64,000 nt of DNA from the NCBI GenBank assembly GCA_016781135.1, contig JADDQY010000076.1, positions 48,632 to 112,631 of the forward strand, written 5' to 3'. Shown here in pieces: positions 48,807 through 57,940 of this stretch (position 1 is its first letter; each line of letters begins with the position of its first letter). Both the position numbers and the translations under genes were made by a program. The notes beneath the pieces were generated by a model. It was not told where the DNA came from and ran no database searches. It saw only the letters and a program-made list of their open reading frames with translations. Source of the stretch: Actinomycetota bacterium (lineage in GTDB: Bacteria > Actinomycetota > Acidimicrobiia > Acidimicrobiales > CADCSY01).

Positions 48807-51800
48807 GTGGGCTGGCGCAACCCTCCCGTCCCGTGGTCGCAGCTCGAGCAGCGGCTCTCTGACTGCAAGCCGCCGGGAGCCGACGGCGGTGACAGTCCGG
48901 CCTGGTCGGCCCGGCGCCCGACCTACCAGGTGCCACCCGAGCTGGCGGTGCGAGTCCCCGGTCGTGCCGACGGGGGCGTGGCCTACGCCGAGCTGCACTG
49001 CCACTCCAACTTCAGCTTCCTCGACGGCGCCTCCCACCCCGAGGAGCTGGTGGAAGAGGCCGTCCGCCTCGGCCTGACGGCGCTGGCGCTCACCGACCAC
49101 GACGGGCTCTATGGGGTGGTCCGCTTCGCCGAGGCGGCCAAGGAGGTGGGCCTGCCCACGGTGTTCGGTGCCGAGCTCACCCTCGACGCCCCGAGCGGGC
49201 GCAGCGGGATGCCCGACCCCGACGGTCGTCACCTGGTGTTGCTGGCTGGCGATCCCGAGGGCTACGCCCGCCTGAGCCGGGCCATCAGCGACGCCCAGCT
49301 GGCCGGGGGCGAGAAGGGCCGGCCCCGCACCGACCTGGCGGCGCTGGCGGCGGCCGGGGGAGGCCACTGGCAGGTGCTCACCGGCTGCCGCAAGGGGGTC
49401 GTGCCCGCCGCCCTGGTCGCCGCCGGACCCGCCGCCGCCGCTCGCGAGCTGGCCCGGCTGGTGGAGGCCTTCGGGCGCGACCGGGTGGCAGTGGAGGTCT
49501 GGGACCACGGCGATCCCCTCGACTCGGCCCGCAACGACGCCCTGGTGGCGCTGGCGGCTGGGGCCAGGGTGGAGGTGGTGGCCACCAACAACGTCCACTA
49601 CGCCATCCCCGCCCGCCGGCCGGTGGCGACCGCCCTGGCCGCGGTGCGCTCCCAGCGCAGCCTCGACGAGCTCGACGGGTGGCTGCCGGCCGCCGCCACC
49701 GCCTGCCTGCGCTCGGGGGCCGAGCAAGCCCGGCGTCTGGCCCGCTACCCCGGTGCCGTCGAGTACGCCGCCGAGCTGGGGGGGGCGTGTGCGTTCGACC
49801 TGGCCCTGGTCGCTCCCCGCTTGCCCGACTTCCCCGTGCCGCCCGGTCACACCGAGATGACGTGGCTGCGGGCGCTGGCGGAGCGGGGGGCGGAGGAGCG
49901 CTACGGCCCCCGGGGGGCCGAGCGGGTGGCGGGGGCGTGGGAGCAGATCGACCACGAGCTCGCGGTGATCGAGGAGCTCGGCTTCCCCGGCTACTTCCTC
50001 GTCGTCCACGACATCGTCGAGTTCTGCCGCGGCCACGACATCTACTGCCAGGGCCGGGGCTCGGCCGCGAACTCGGCTGTCTGCTACGCGCTCGGCATCA
50101 CCAACGCCGACGCGGTGGGCCTGGGGCTGCTGTTCGAACGCTTCTTGTCGCCGGAGCGTGACGGTCCCCCCGACATCGACGTCGACATCGAGAGCGAGCG
50201 CCGGGAGGAGGTCATCCAGGAGGTCTACCGCCGCTACGGGCGCGACCGGGCTGCCCAGGTGGCCAACGTCATCACCTACCGGCCCCGCTCAGCAGTGCGG
50301 GAGATGGGCAAGGCCCTCGGCCACCCGCCAGGGGAGGTCGACGCTTGGTCCAAGCAGCTCGACCACGCCCTGCCGGCGGCGGACAGGAGCGAGATTCCCG
50401 AGGACGTCTTGGCCCTGGCCCGGGAGGTGCAGCACTTCCCCCGCCACCTCGGCATCCACTCCGGGGGGATGGTGATCTGCGACCGCCCGGTGGTCGAGGT
50501 GTGCCCGGTGGAGTGGGGGCGCATGGCCAACCGCACCGTGTTGCAGTGGGACAAGGACGACTGCGCCGCGGTGGGCCTGGTCAAGTTCGACCTGCTGGGC
50601 CTCGGCATGCTGTCGGCCATCCACCGCTGCGTCGACCTGATCGCCGCCCACGAGGGGGTGAAGATCGACCTGGCCGCGCTCCCTCAGGACCCGGCGGTCT
50701 ACGACATGCTGTGCCGGGCCGACTCGATCGGAGTGTTCCAGGTGGAGAGCCGGGCCCAGATGGCCACCCTGCCCCGGCTGCGCCCGCGGTGCTTCTACGA
50801 CCTGGTGGTCGAGGTCGCCCTCATCCGCCCCGGCCCCATCCAGGGGGACTCGGTGCACCCCTACCTGCGGCGGCGCAACGGCACTGAGGCCGTCACCTAT
50901 CTGCACCCCCTGCTCGAGCGGTCGCTGGCCAAAACCCTCGGGGTGCCGCTGTTCCAGGAGCAGCTGATGCAGATGGCCATCGACGTGGCCGGCTTCTCGC
51001 CGGCCGAGGCTGACCAGCTTCGCCAGGCCATGGGGTCGAAGCGCTCCAGCGAGCGGATGGTCCGCCTGCGGGGGCGGCTGTTCGCCGGCATGGCCGAGCG
51101 GGGGATCACCGGGGAGGTGGCCGAGGTCATCTACGACAAGCTCGCCGCCTTCGCCAACTTCGGCTTCCCCGAGAGCCACTCGGTGAGCTTCGCTTACCTG
51201 GTCTACGCCAGCGCCTGGCTCAAGCACCACCACCCGGCGGCCTTCTGTGCCGGGTTGCTCAACGCCCAGCCCATGGGGTTCTGGTCGCCCCACACCCTGG
51301 TGCGCGACGCTCGCCGCCACGAGGTGGTGGTGCGTCGCCCCGACGTCAACGCTTCGGAGGCGACCTCGACCCTCGAAGCCTGCGAGGCCAGCAGCGGCGG
51401 GATGGCGCTGCGCCTCGGGCTCGACCAGGTGCGCAATGTGGGCGACGACCTGGCCGGGCGCATCGCCGCCGGGCGGCCCTACGCGTCCATCGACGACCTG
51501 GTGGGCCGCACCGGGGCCGGGCTCGCCGCCGTCGAAGCCCTGGCCACCGCCGGAGCCTTCGCTGGCCTGGGCCTCGATCGGCGCGCAGCGCTGTGGGCTG
51601 CCGGCGCGTGCGCCCAGGCCCGCCCCGGACGCCTGCCCGGGGTGGTCACGGGGGCCGAGGCGCCCCCGCTGCCTGCGTTGGCCCCGGCCGAGGAGACCGC
51701 CGCTGATCTGTGGGCCACCGGCATCAGCGCCGAGGTCCACCCCACCGAGCACGGGCGGGCTCACCTCGACGTGCTCGGAGTACTCACCGCCGAGGCCCTG

Positions 51801-52091
51801 GCCGGTGCCGAGCCCGGTGCTCGGGTGCTCGTCGGCGGGGTGGTCACCCACCGCCAGCGCCCGGCCACGGCGTCGGGCACGGTGTTCGTCAACCTCGAGG
51901 ACGAGACCGGCCTGATCAACGTGATCTGCTCGGCGGGGTTGTGGGAGCGCTACCGGGCCGTGGCCCGCACCGCTCCCGCCCTGCTGGTCCGGGGCACCCT
52001 CGAGCGGGCCGAGGGGGTGGTCAACGTCGTGGCCGACCGCCTGGAGCTCCTGCCGCTCGGTGCCCCCACCCGCTCTCGCGACTTCCGCTGA
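48807..52091 (+). CDS. dnaE2: Error-prone DNA polymerase DnaE2 (ImuC)
   Basis: The 1094-aa product has the PHP domain YAELHCHSNFSFLDGASHPEELV and the Pol III alpha core (GRGSAANSAVCYALGIT, DIDVDIES, FQVESR, LIRPGP). The LexA box and imuA'/imuB context also support the call. Confidence 0.95.
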   Translation: MGWRNPPVPWSQLEQRLSDCKPPGADGGDSPAWSARRPTYQVPPELAVRVPGRADGGVAYAELHCHSNFSFLDGASHPEELVEEAVRLGLTALALTDHDGLYGVVRFAEAAKEVGLPTVFGAELTLDAPSGRSGMPDPDGRHLVLLAGDPEGYARLSRAISDAQLAGGEKGRPRTDLAALAAAGGGHWQVLTGCRKGVVPAALVAAGPAAAARELARLVEAFGRDRVAVEVWDHGDPLDSARNDALVALAAGARVEVVATNNVHYAIPARRPVATALAAVRSQRSLDELDGWLPAAATACLRSGAEQARRLARYPGAVEYAAELGGACAFDLALVAPRLPDFPVPPGHTEMTWLRALAERGAEERYGPRGAERVAGAWEQIDHELAVIEELGFPGYFLVVHDIVEFCRGHDIYCQGRGSAANSAVCYALGITNADAVGLGLLFERFLSPERDGPPDIDVDIESERREEVIQEVYRRYGRDRAAQVANVITYRPRSAVREMGKALGHPPGEVDAWSKQLDHALPAADRSEIPEDVLALAREVQHFPRHLGIHSGGMVICDRPVVEVCPVEWGRMANRTVLQWDKDDCAAVGLVKFDLLGLGMLSAIHRCVDLIAAHEGVKIDLAALPQDPAVYDMLCRADSIGVFQVESRAQMATLPRLRPRCFYDLVVEVALIRPGPIQGDSVHPYLRRRNGTEAVTYLHPLLERSLAKTLGVPLFQEQLMQMAIDVAGFSPAEADQLRQAMGSKRSSERMVRLRGRLFAGMAERGITGEVAEVIYDKLAAFANFGFPESHSVSFAYLVYASAWLKHHHPAAFCAGLLNAQPMGFWSPHTLVRDARRHEVVVRRPDVNASEATSTLEACEASSGGMALRLGLDQVRNVGDDLAGRIAAGRPYASIDDLVGRTGAGLAAVEALATAGAFAGLGLDRRAALWAAGACAQARPGRLPGVVTGAEAPPLPALAPAEETAADLWATGISAEVHPTEHGRAHLDVLGVLTAEALAGAEPGARVLVGGVVTHRQRPATASGTVFVNLEDETGLINVICSAGLWERYRAVARTAPALLVRGTLERAEGVVNVVADRLELLPLGAPTRSRDFR

Positions 52092-52159
52092 AATCCGTGC
52101 GTGGTGACGGTTCTTGGACCATCGACCGGCTGAGGCGCCTCGATCGTCCACATCACGCT

Positions 52160-53311
52160 TCAACGCCGGGCGACCTCGCCGACGGCGGCCACCAGGCGGT
52201 CGATCTCCTCGCCGGTGTTGTAGCCGTGGGGGGCGATGCGGATCCCCCCGCCCCGGGCAGAGGTGACGATGCCCGCTTCGAGCAGCTGCTGGCGGACGAC
52301 AACCGGGTCGTGGCCCTCGAGGGCAAAGGTGACGATGGCGGAGCGACCTTGCTCCGAACGGTCGGACAGGACCGTGACCCCGGCCTCGGCCGCCAGCCCG
52401 GCGCAGGCCCGCTCGCAGAGGGCGTCGACATGGCGCCACACCGCCTCGACACCACTGTCGGCCAGAAGGTCGAGCGAGGCGCCCAGGGCGTGGATGCCGG
52501 CGTGGTTGTAGCTTCCGCCCTCCAGGCGTCGGGCGCCGTGGTCCCAGACCAGCTCCAGGTTGTCCCACTGCTCCCGGTGGGCCACCGAGTTCCACCCCGG
52601 CTCCAGGGGACGGAGCAGGTCCAGGCGGCTCGCCCGTACATACAGCACCCCGATCCCTTCGGGACCGAGCAGCCACTTGTGGGCGTCGGCCATGGCGAAG
52701 TCGACACCCCAGGCCCCGAGCTGGGCCGGCAGGACGCCCAGGCCCTGGATGATGTCGGCGCACAGCAGGGACCCGGCGTCGTGGCAGACCCGGGCGAGGG
52801 CGGCGAGGTCGCAGCGCCACCCCCGCCCGAACTGCACCCAGCTGGCAACCACCACCTTGGGCGGAGGGCCCGACTGCACGGCATCGGCGAAGGACTCGAC
52901 GGGGAGGCAGCGTCCTGCTCCGATGGTGGGCACGACGTCGACGACCACGCCGAGCTGTTGCAGCGCCAGCCAGGGGTACAGCGTCGAGGGGAACTCGAGG
53001 TCGGGGATCAGCACCCGGTCGCCGGGTTCCCATGCCAAGCCGTTGGCCACGAAACCGAGGCCCTCGGTGGTGTTCTTCACGAAGGCAACGTCGCTGCCGG
53101 GGACCCCCATGAGCCGAGCAGCGCTCGCCCGCACCTCCTCGGCCCGCTCATTGCGGACCTCTCCGGTCAGCGAGCCCCCGGCGGCGGCGGTGCTGGCGTA
53201 GGCGTCGATCGCCTCCACAGCGGTCACGGGCAGCGGGGCCACGCCGGCGTGGTTGAGGTAGACCCAGCGCTCGGTGACGGGGAACTGCTGGCGGGGGAGG
53301 GCGGGCATCAC
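52160..53311 (-). CDS. Aminotransferase class V-fold PLP-dependent enzyme (cysteine desulfurase/IscS-NifS-like superfamily)
   Basis: It contains VYLNHAGVAPLP, NTTEGL, and the PLP-Lys context FAMADAHKWLLGPEGIGVLYV. Confidence 0.85.
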   Translation of the reverse strand: MMPALPRQQFPVTERWVYLNHAGVAPLPVTAVEAIDAYASTAAAGGSLTGEVRNERAEEVRASAARLMGVPGSDVAFVKNTTEGLGFVANGLAWEPGDRVLIPDLEFPSTLYPWLALQQLGVVVDVVPTIGAGRCLPVESFADAVQSGPPPKVVVASWVQFGRGWRCDLAALARVCHDAGSLLCADIIQGLGVLPAQLGAWGVDFAMADAHKWLLGPEGIGVLYVRASRLDLLRPLEPGWNSVAHREQWDNLELVWDHGARRLEGGSYNHAGIHALGASLDLLADSGVEAVWRHVDALCERACAGLAAEAGVTVLSDRSEQGRSAIVTFALEGHDPVVVRQQLLEAGIVTSARGGGIRIAPHGYNTGEEIDRLVAAVGEVARR

Positions 53312-53374
53312 GCCGAGTGAGCCTACGGACCGGGCGAGGTGGCGGCCGGTGTCACTGCTAGCGTGAGCCGTTCC

Positions 53375-53447
53375 GGGCCGTTAGCTCAGTTGGCAGAGCA
53401 CTTGCATGACGCGCAAGGGGTCGGGGGTTCGAATCCCTCACGGCCCA
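53375..53447 (+). tRNA. tRNA-Val (anticodon GAC)
   Basis: Manual cloverleaf: acceptor GGGCCGT/ACGGCCC, D-arm GCTC-AGTTGGC-AGAGC, anticodon stem CTTGC/GCAAG with loop AT-GAC-GC, variable loop GGGTC, T-arm GGGGG-TTCGAAT-CCCTC, discriminator A. No full CCA is encoded. Confidence 0.9.
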
Positions 53448-53525
53448 CCCGGAACCGCAGGTCAGAGACAGCACGCTGACCACGACGAGCGGATGTGTGC
53501 GGACCCGGTTCATGCTGGACACCGT

Positions 53526-53597
53526 GGCCCCGGCACCTGGTGAAGGACGCGGCCCCGGCACCTGGGCGACAGTGACCCCGGTTCCTGGACGACAGTG
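53526..53597. repeat. Three tandem ~24-25-bp direct repeats between tRNA-Val and the IS481-like remnant
   Basis: The units are GGCCCCGGCACCTGGtgaaggacgc, GGCCCCGGCACCTGGgcgacagtg and GACCCCGGTTCCTGGacgacagtg. Confidence 0.75.
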
Positions 53598-53681
53598 CGT
53601 GTCGAGGTGAATCACCCCTGAGCAGGCGCCACCTTCTTCGCTTGCGGGTTGTCATACCCGCGGATCCGGAGGAGGCCGTCG

Positions 53682-54101
53682 GTGCTCGTGGAGTTGAGAC
53701 TGGTGGAGCAGCGCTATCAGGCGGTGTTGGAGGTCCTCAATGAGGGCGGCGGTGACCGACGTGGCCCGCCGGTATGGGGTAGCCCGCCAGACGGTTCATG
53801 GTTGGTTGCTCAAGTACGCGGCCAGCGGCTTGGCTGGGCTGGCCGACAGGACCTCGAGGCCGTCATCGTGCCCGCACCAGATGATCCCCCTCGTGGAGGC
53901 CCGGATCGTCGAGCTGCGCCGGGCGCACCCGGGGTAGGGTCCGCGCACGATCCTGTTCTGGCTCGACAAGGAGGGCGTGGCGCGTTGCCGGGCCGCACGT
54001 CGGCGGAGCGGTGCCTGGTTCGTCACGGGCTGGTCACCCCCCAGGCTCGCCGGCGCAAGCGAGCGGACGCGAGTGCTACGAGGAGGCCTGCCAGGCGATG
54101 A
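53682..54101 (+). pseudogene. IS481-family transposase, N-terminal remnant (frameshifted, nonsense-interrupted, DDE domain missing)
   Basis: The reading path (V)LVELRLVEQRYQAVLEVLNEG / AVTDVARRYGVARQTVHGWLLKYAASGLAGLADRTSRPSSCPHQMIPLVEARIVELRRAHPG*GPRTILFWLDKEGVA / ERCLVRHGLVTPQARRRKRAD is spread over two frames. An in-frame TAG at 53935-53937 replaces the conserved Trp of HPGWGPRTI. Nothing resembling the catalytic domain follows. Confidence 0.7.
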
Positions 54102-54258
54102 CGCAGGCCCCTCTATTCTCCGTGCTGGGCTCCCACCCCCTGCGGGACCGCCCGAGCACGTTCTCCTCCGTGCGCTACTACCGGAGTGAGGTGCTCTGCC
54201 GGGAGGTCGGGGCCGCCGAGCGCGTCGGGGAGACGCACACGAGGACGGGAGGTACGCC

Positions 54259-54711
54259 GTGGTGAAGGTGTCCGAGATCGCCGCCGCGGTGGGACGGGGC
54301 GTCGTCGCCGGCGTGATCGGTACCGCGGCGATGACCGTGGCCTCGACGGCGGAGATGAAGATCCGCGGTCGCGCCCCCAGCTCGGCTCCGGCCAGGGCGG
54401 CGGCCAAGGTGCTCAGGATCGAGCCCGCCGACGAAGCCGACGAGGCGCGGTTCTCCACCACGGTCCACTGGGCTTACGGCACCTCCTGGGGAGTCGTGCG
54501 AGGCCTGCTGGGTGCGCTCGGCCTCCGAGGAGCGACGGGCGCCAGCGCTCACTTCGCGCTCGTCTGGGGGACCGAGCTCACCATGCTTCCGGCCCTCGGA
54601 GTCGCACCACCGGTCCCGCAGTGGGGAACCAAGGAGGTCGCGATCGACGCCGTTCATCACCTCGTGTACGCGACGGCGACCAGCGTCGCCTACCGGTGGC
54701 TGGACCGGTGA
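54259..54711 (+). CDS. Hypothetical membrane protein
   Basis: The 150-aa product has hydrophobic segments (GVVAGVIGTAAMTVAS; WAYGTSWGVVRGLL; LVWGTELTMLPALGV; AIDAVHHLVYATATS). It has high GC3 and a GTG start. Confidence 0.45.
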   Translation: MVKVSEIAAAVGRGVVAGVIGTAAMTVASTAEMKIRGRAPSSAPARAAAKVLRIEPADEADEARFSTTVHWAYGTSWGVVRGLLGALGLRGATGASAHFALVWGTELTMLPALGVAPPVPQWGTKEVAIDAVHHLVYATATSVAYRWLDR

Positions 54712-54882
54712 ACCGATCCTGGAGGTTGTCGTCCAGCTGGCTGTCGACGCGGCCGGTCCCCGTCTCGCACTGGTACCGCGCCGGTCGACAGCACGCCTGA
54801 GGAGCCGGGGCGGCGATGACGGTGGAGGAAAGGACGGCCGCCTTCACGGGCACGAGGAGCCCCTCGCTATCCTCGGCCCACT

Positions 54883-56193
54883 GTGCCGCCCCGGAGCTCG
54901 CCGGCGACTCGGGGAGCGGCGTCAGAGCGCGGGGCGCTAGGAGGCCCATCCCGTCCTCGGCCCCCCCTCGGCTGGGTCCCGTGGGTGGTCGTCGCCGTCG
55001 CCCTCGTCCTCGGGTGGTGGTCGAAGGCTCGCTGCCTCGGCGACGGGGGCTGGGAAGGCGGCGAACAGTTCCACCGCTACTGCTACAGCGACCTCGTCGC
55101 CCTCTGGCTCCGCCCAGGCCTCGCCGAGGGGGGCATCCCCTACCTCGACCAGCCGCTCGAATACCCACCGCTCATCGGCGCCCAGCTGTGGGCCACGGCG
55201 CTGGTCACCCGGGCTGGGGGCGGAGGGGCCGCAACCTTCTACAACCTCAACGCCGTGCTCAACGCCGCCTTCGTCGTGGCGACGTTGGCCCTGCTGCGGC
55301 GGTTGCAGCTGCCCACCAGCAGGCAGCTGTGGTGGGCGGCAGCCCCTCCACTCGTCCTCTACGCCTCCTTGAACTGGGATGCGCTGCCGGTGCTGCTCCT
55401 CGTGCTCGCCGTCGTCCTGCACGTGGCCGGGCGGGATGCGGCCGCCGGCGTGGCCGCCGGCCTCGGTGCCGCCGCCAAGCTCTTCCCGGTGCTGCTCGTC
55501 CCGCTGGTCGTCATCGCCCGACTCCGCCAGCGCGACCTGGGTGCCGCTGCCACCCACGCCGGAGGCGCGGCCGCCGCCTGGGCAGTCGTGAACGTCCCCC
55601 TCGCCCTCGTTGCCGTGGAGGGGTGGAGCCGCTTCTTCCACCTGAACCGCGAACGTGGGGCCAACAGCGCGACCCTCTGGGCTCTGGCCGCCGAGCTCGA
55701 CCTTGTGCGGCTCGACCGGTCGGCGCTCAACCGGGCCAGCGCGCTCGCCTTCGCCGCCGGCGCCCTGCTCATCCTCGCCCTCGGTGGGCGGCGCCGCCCC
55801 CCAGCCGCGACCTGGTCGCTCCTCCTGCCCGTGCTCGCCTGGTTCCTCCTCACCAACAAGGTGTTCTCACCGCAGTACGACGTGTGGCTGGTCCCCCTGC
55901 TGGCCCTACTCCTTCCCGGCACTGCGCCCTTCGCCGCCTTCGTGGCCGCCGACCTCGCCGTGTTCACCACCGAGTTCGCCTATCTGGGGGCGCGGGCCGG
56001 CGTGGGGCCCGATCTCGGGTTCGGGGGGCTGGGGGCGGCGATCGTCTTTCGCGCCGCCGTGCTCGTGTGGATCATCGTCGTGTCGTTGCGACGACCCACG
56101 CCCGGGCCTCCAGCGGCCGGCCCTGGCTGCTCAGCGCCAGGTGTCGAGCCACATCCGGGTGTCGAGCCCGGACTTGGGCAGCTCCACCCCTGA
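54883..56193 (+). CDS. Polytopic membrane protein, GT-C-type glycosyltransferase-like (GT87/DUF2029-like mannosyltransferase suspected)
   Basis: It has at least 9 predicted TM segments. YSDLVALW...GIPYLDQPLEYPPLIG and AAKLFPVLLVPLV resemble DUF2029/GT87 proteins from memory only. The start is uncertain. Its 3' end overlaps the convergent pmt gene by 63 nt. Confidence 0.55.
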   Translation: MPPRSSPATRGAASERGALGGPSRPRPPLGWVPWVVVAVALVLGWWSKARCLGDGGWEGGEQFHRYCYSDLVALWLRPGLAEGGIPYLDQPLEYPPLIGAQLWATALVTRAGGGGAATFYNLNAVLNAAFVVATLALLRRLQLPTSRQLWWAAAPPLVLYASLNWDALPVLLLVLAVVLHVAGRDAAAGVAAGLGAAAKLFPVLLVPLVVIARLRQRDLGAAATHAGGAAAAWAVVNVPLALVAVEGWSRFFHLNRERGANSATLWALAAELDLVRLDRSALNRASALAFAAGALLILALGGRRRPPAATWSLLLPVLAWFLLTNKVFSPQYDVWLVPLLALLLPGTAPFAAFVAADLAVFTTEFAYLGARAGVGPDLGFGGLGAAIVFRAAVLVWIIVVSLRRPTPGPPAAGPGCSAPGVEPHPGVEPGLGQLHP

Positions 56194-57606
56194 CCAGATC
56201 GGCAGGAAGTACACCGACGCCACCACGGCGAGCGCGGCGATCACCCCCGGAAACCAGCGCCATCGCGGCGACGCGGCTGCCTGGGCGGAGAGGTAGGCCA
56301 CGCTCATGGCGACGAAGGGAACGAGAGGAGTTGCGTAGAAGAAGTAACCGTCCTTGCCGGTCAGCAGCCACGGCAGATACTGGCCGAGCAAGAAGACCAG
56401 AAGGACGAGGGCCGAGCGACGGCGCCGGACGAGCGCTGACCAGGCGACCACCAGGTAGGCGAGGAGGGCGGTCCACCAGACGACGGGGTTGCCGACCCCG
56501 ACGATCTTGGCCCGGTTGCCGACACCCACGGCGCACGGCTCACCGGCCGACTCTTGCCCGGTGGTGCAGCGCTCGAAGTAGTACAGGACGGGCCGGGTCA
56601 TCAGCGGCCAGGTGGTGGGCGAGGAGCGATAGGGGTGGGTCGTCGGCAACCGCTGGTGGTAGTCGACCAGTTCGAGCTGCTCCTCCCACCACACCCGGGC
56701 GCGCTCGGCCATCCCGACCTCGCAGCCTCCCTGCGGGCACCGGTCGCGCCCGGCATCGGAGGCCTGGTAGTTGGTGAACCAGCCGGCGTAGCTGAGGACG
56801 TAGACGGCGGTCGGCAGCCCGAGCAGGCACATCGCCGACACCCCCACCCGGCGCGCCAGCTCCCGTGCGCCGGCGTGCTCGCCTCGAAGGTCCCAGAGCT
56901 GCCGCCCGACGACGACGGCGAGGGCGGCGCCGGCCGCCAGCGCACCCGACCACTTGGTGGCCACTCCCAGACCAAAGGCGACGCCGGCGAGCGCCAGGGT
57001 CGGCCCCGTCCGGCCCGGGCGGTCGAGGGCCAGGACCATGAGCCAGAAGCCGGTCACGACGAAGAGCCCGAGGAAGACGTCGAGCATGGCGATCCTGCTC
57101 ATGGTCAGGGCGAGCCCGTCGACGGCGACGAGCAGTGAAGCCAGCGCCGCCAGCCACCGTCGACGGAACAGCTGGAAGGCGGCAAGGTAGGTCACGAGGA
57201 CCGTCAGCGTCCCCGCCACGGCGCTCGCCACCCGCCAACCCAGCGGCTCGAAGCCGATGACGGCGATCCCCGCGGCGATGAGCCACTTCCCGAGGGGAGG
57301 ATGAGCAGGCCGATCCACCTCCACTCCCGTGTCCAGCATGGAGCGGGCGTCGTTGGCGTAGTAAACCTCGTCGAAGTAGAGGCGGGTGGGCTCGGAGAGG
57401 CTGACGAAGCGCAGCGTTGCCGCTACGACGACCACGGCGACGGGTACGAGCAGACCGAGCCGCGACCCGAGGACCCCCCACCGACCGTCTGGCTCGCCGC
57501 TCCCCGGTGTCCGCCGACCCGGCTCGGCTTCGGCGCGCCGACGCCGCCGGCGACCGGCGGAGGGGCTGGGATCAGGGTTTGCTGGTGCCGCTCCGGCGAG
57601 CGTCAA
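56131..57606 (-). CDS. pmt: Protein O-mannosyltransferase (GT39; phospholipid-carrier-dependent glycosyltransferase)
   Basis: LYFDEVYYANDARSML... HPPLGKWLIAAGIAVIG ... is the GT39 loop-1 DE motif region. The protein is polytopic and has the C-terminal PMT_4TMC-like part (...YFFYATPLVPF...). A TTG start at 57606 lies 2 nt after the upstream stop, so the start is uncertain. Confidence 0.85.
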   Translation of the reverse strand: MTLAGAAPANPDPSPSAGRRRRRRAEAEPGRRTPGSGEPDGRWGVLGSRLGLLVPVAVVVVAATLRFVSLSEPTRLYFDEVYYANDARSMLDTGVEVDRPAHPPLGKWLIAAGIAVIGFEPLGWRVASAVAGTLTVLVTYLAAFQLFRRRWLAALASLLVAVDGLALTMSRIAMLDVFLGLFVVTGFWLMVLALDRPGRTGPTLALAGVAFGLGVATKWSGALAAGAALAVVVGRQLWDLRGEHAGARELARRVGVSAMCLLGLPTAVYVLSYAGWFTNYQASDAGRDRCPQGGCEVGMAERARVWWEEQLELVDYHQRLPTTHPYRSSPTTWPLMTRPVLYYFERCTTGQESAGEPCAVGVGNRAKIVGVGNPVVWWTALLAYLVVAWSALVRRRRSALVLLVFLLGQYLPWLLTGKDGYFFYATPLVPFVAMSVAYLSAQAAASPRWRWFPGVIAALAVVASVYFLPIWSGVELPKSGLDTRMWLDTWR

Positions 57607-57608
57607 AC

Positions 57609-57866
57609 CTATCGACGGGTCTGGAACTCCGTCTCGGTCTCGGTGACGGTGCCGGTCTCGGTGGCGACCTCTTCGGTCTTGGTCTCCGTCTCTGTCTCGG
57701 TCGGCCCGAGCGTCTCGGTGGCGGTCTCGGTATCGATCTCGAGCTCGGTCTCGGACACCGTCTCGGTGACCTCCACGGTGCCCTCGTCGTTCTCGCAGGC
57801 GGTGGCGCCGAGCGAGAGCCCGGTGACGAGCAGGCCGGCCGCGGCGTTCCTCCAGGCAGAGTTCAT
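57609..57866 (-). CDS. Putative lipoprotein with Thr/Glu-rich repeats
   Basis: The product reads MNSAWRNAAAGLLVTGLSLGATAC|ENDEG..., with a signal peptide and a lipobox-like GATAC. It continues TVEVTETVSETELEIDTETATETLGPTETETETKTEEVATETGTVTETETEF. A Shine-Dalgarno-like AAGGGA lies upstream of the ATG. Confidence 0.6.
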   Translation of the reverse strand: MNSAWRNAAAGLLVTGLSLGATACENDEGTVEVTETVSETELEIDTETATETLGPTETETETKTEEVATETGTVTETETEFQTRR

Positions 57867-57940
57867 GATCGGGTCAGTCCCTTTCGCGAAGGGCGCACCG
57901 GGACCTTCCCTGGCGCTGCTCCAGTCTAGGCGACCAACAG

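Noticed and set aside
53526-53597. A CRISPR array. The same question was asked of the coding tandem repeats at 20811..20924, 21564..21611 and 57640..57790.
   Set aside because: There are only 2-3 short units without unique spacers of regular length. The others lie inside ORFs and encode amino-acid repeats. No cas genes occur in the window.
54011-54265. An 84-aa ORF and neighbouring short ORFs after the IS481-like fragment as possible continuation of the transposase catalytic domain.
   Set aside because: No DDE-type motifs or integrase-core similarity could be recognised in any frame. The element appears truncated near 54100.
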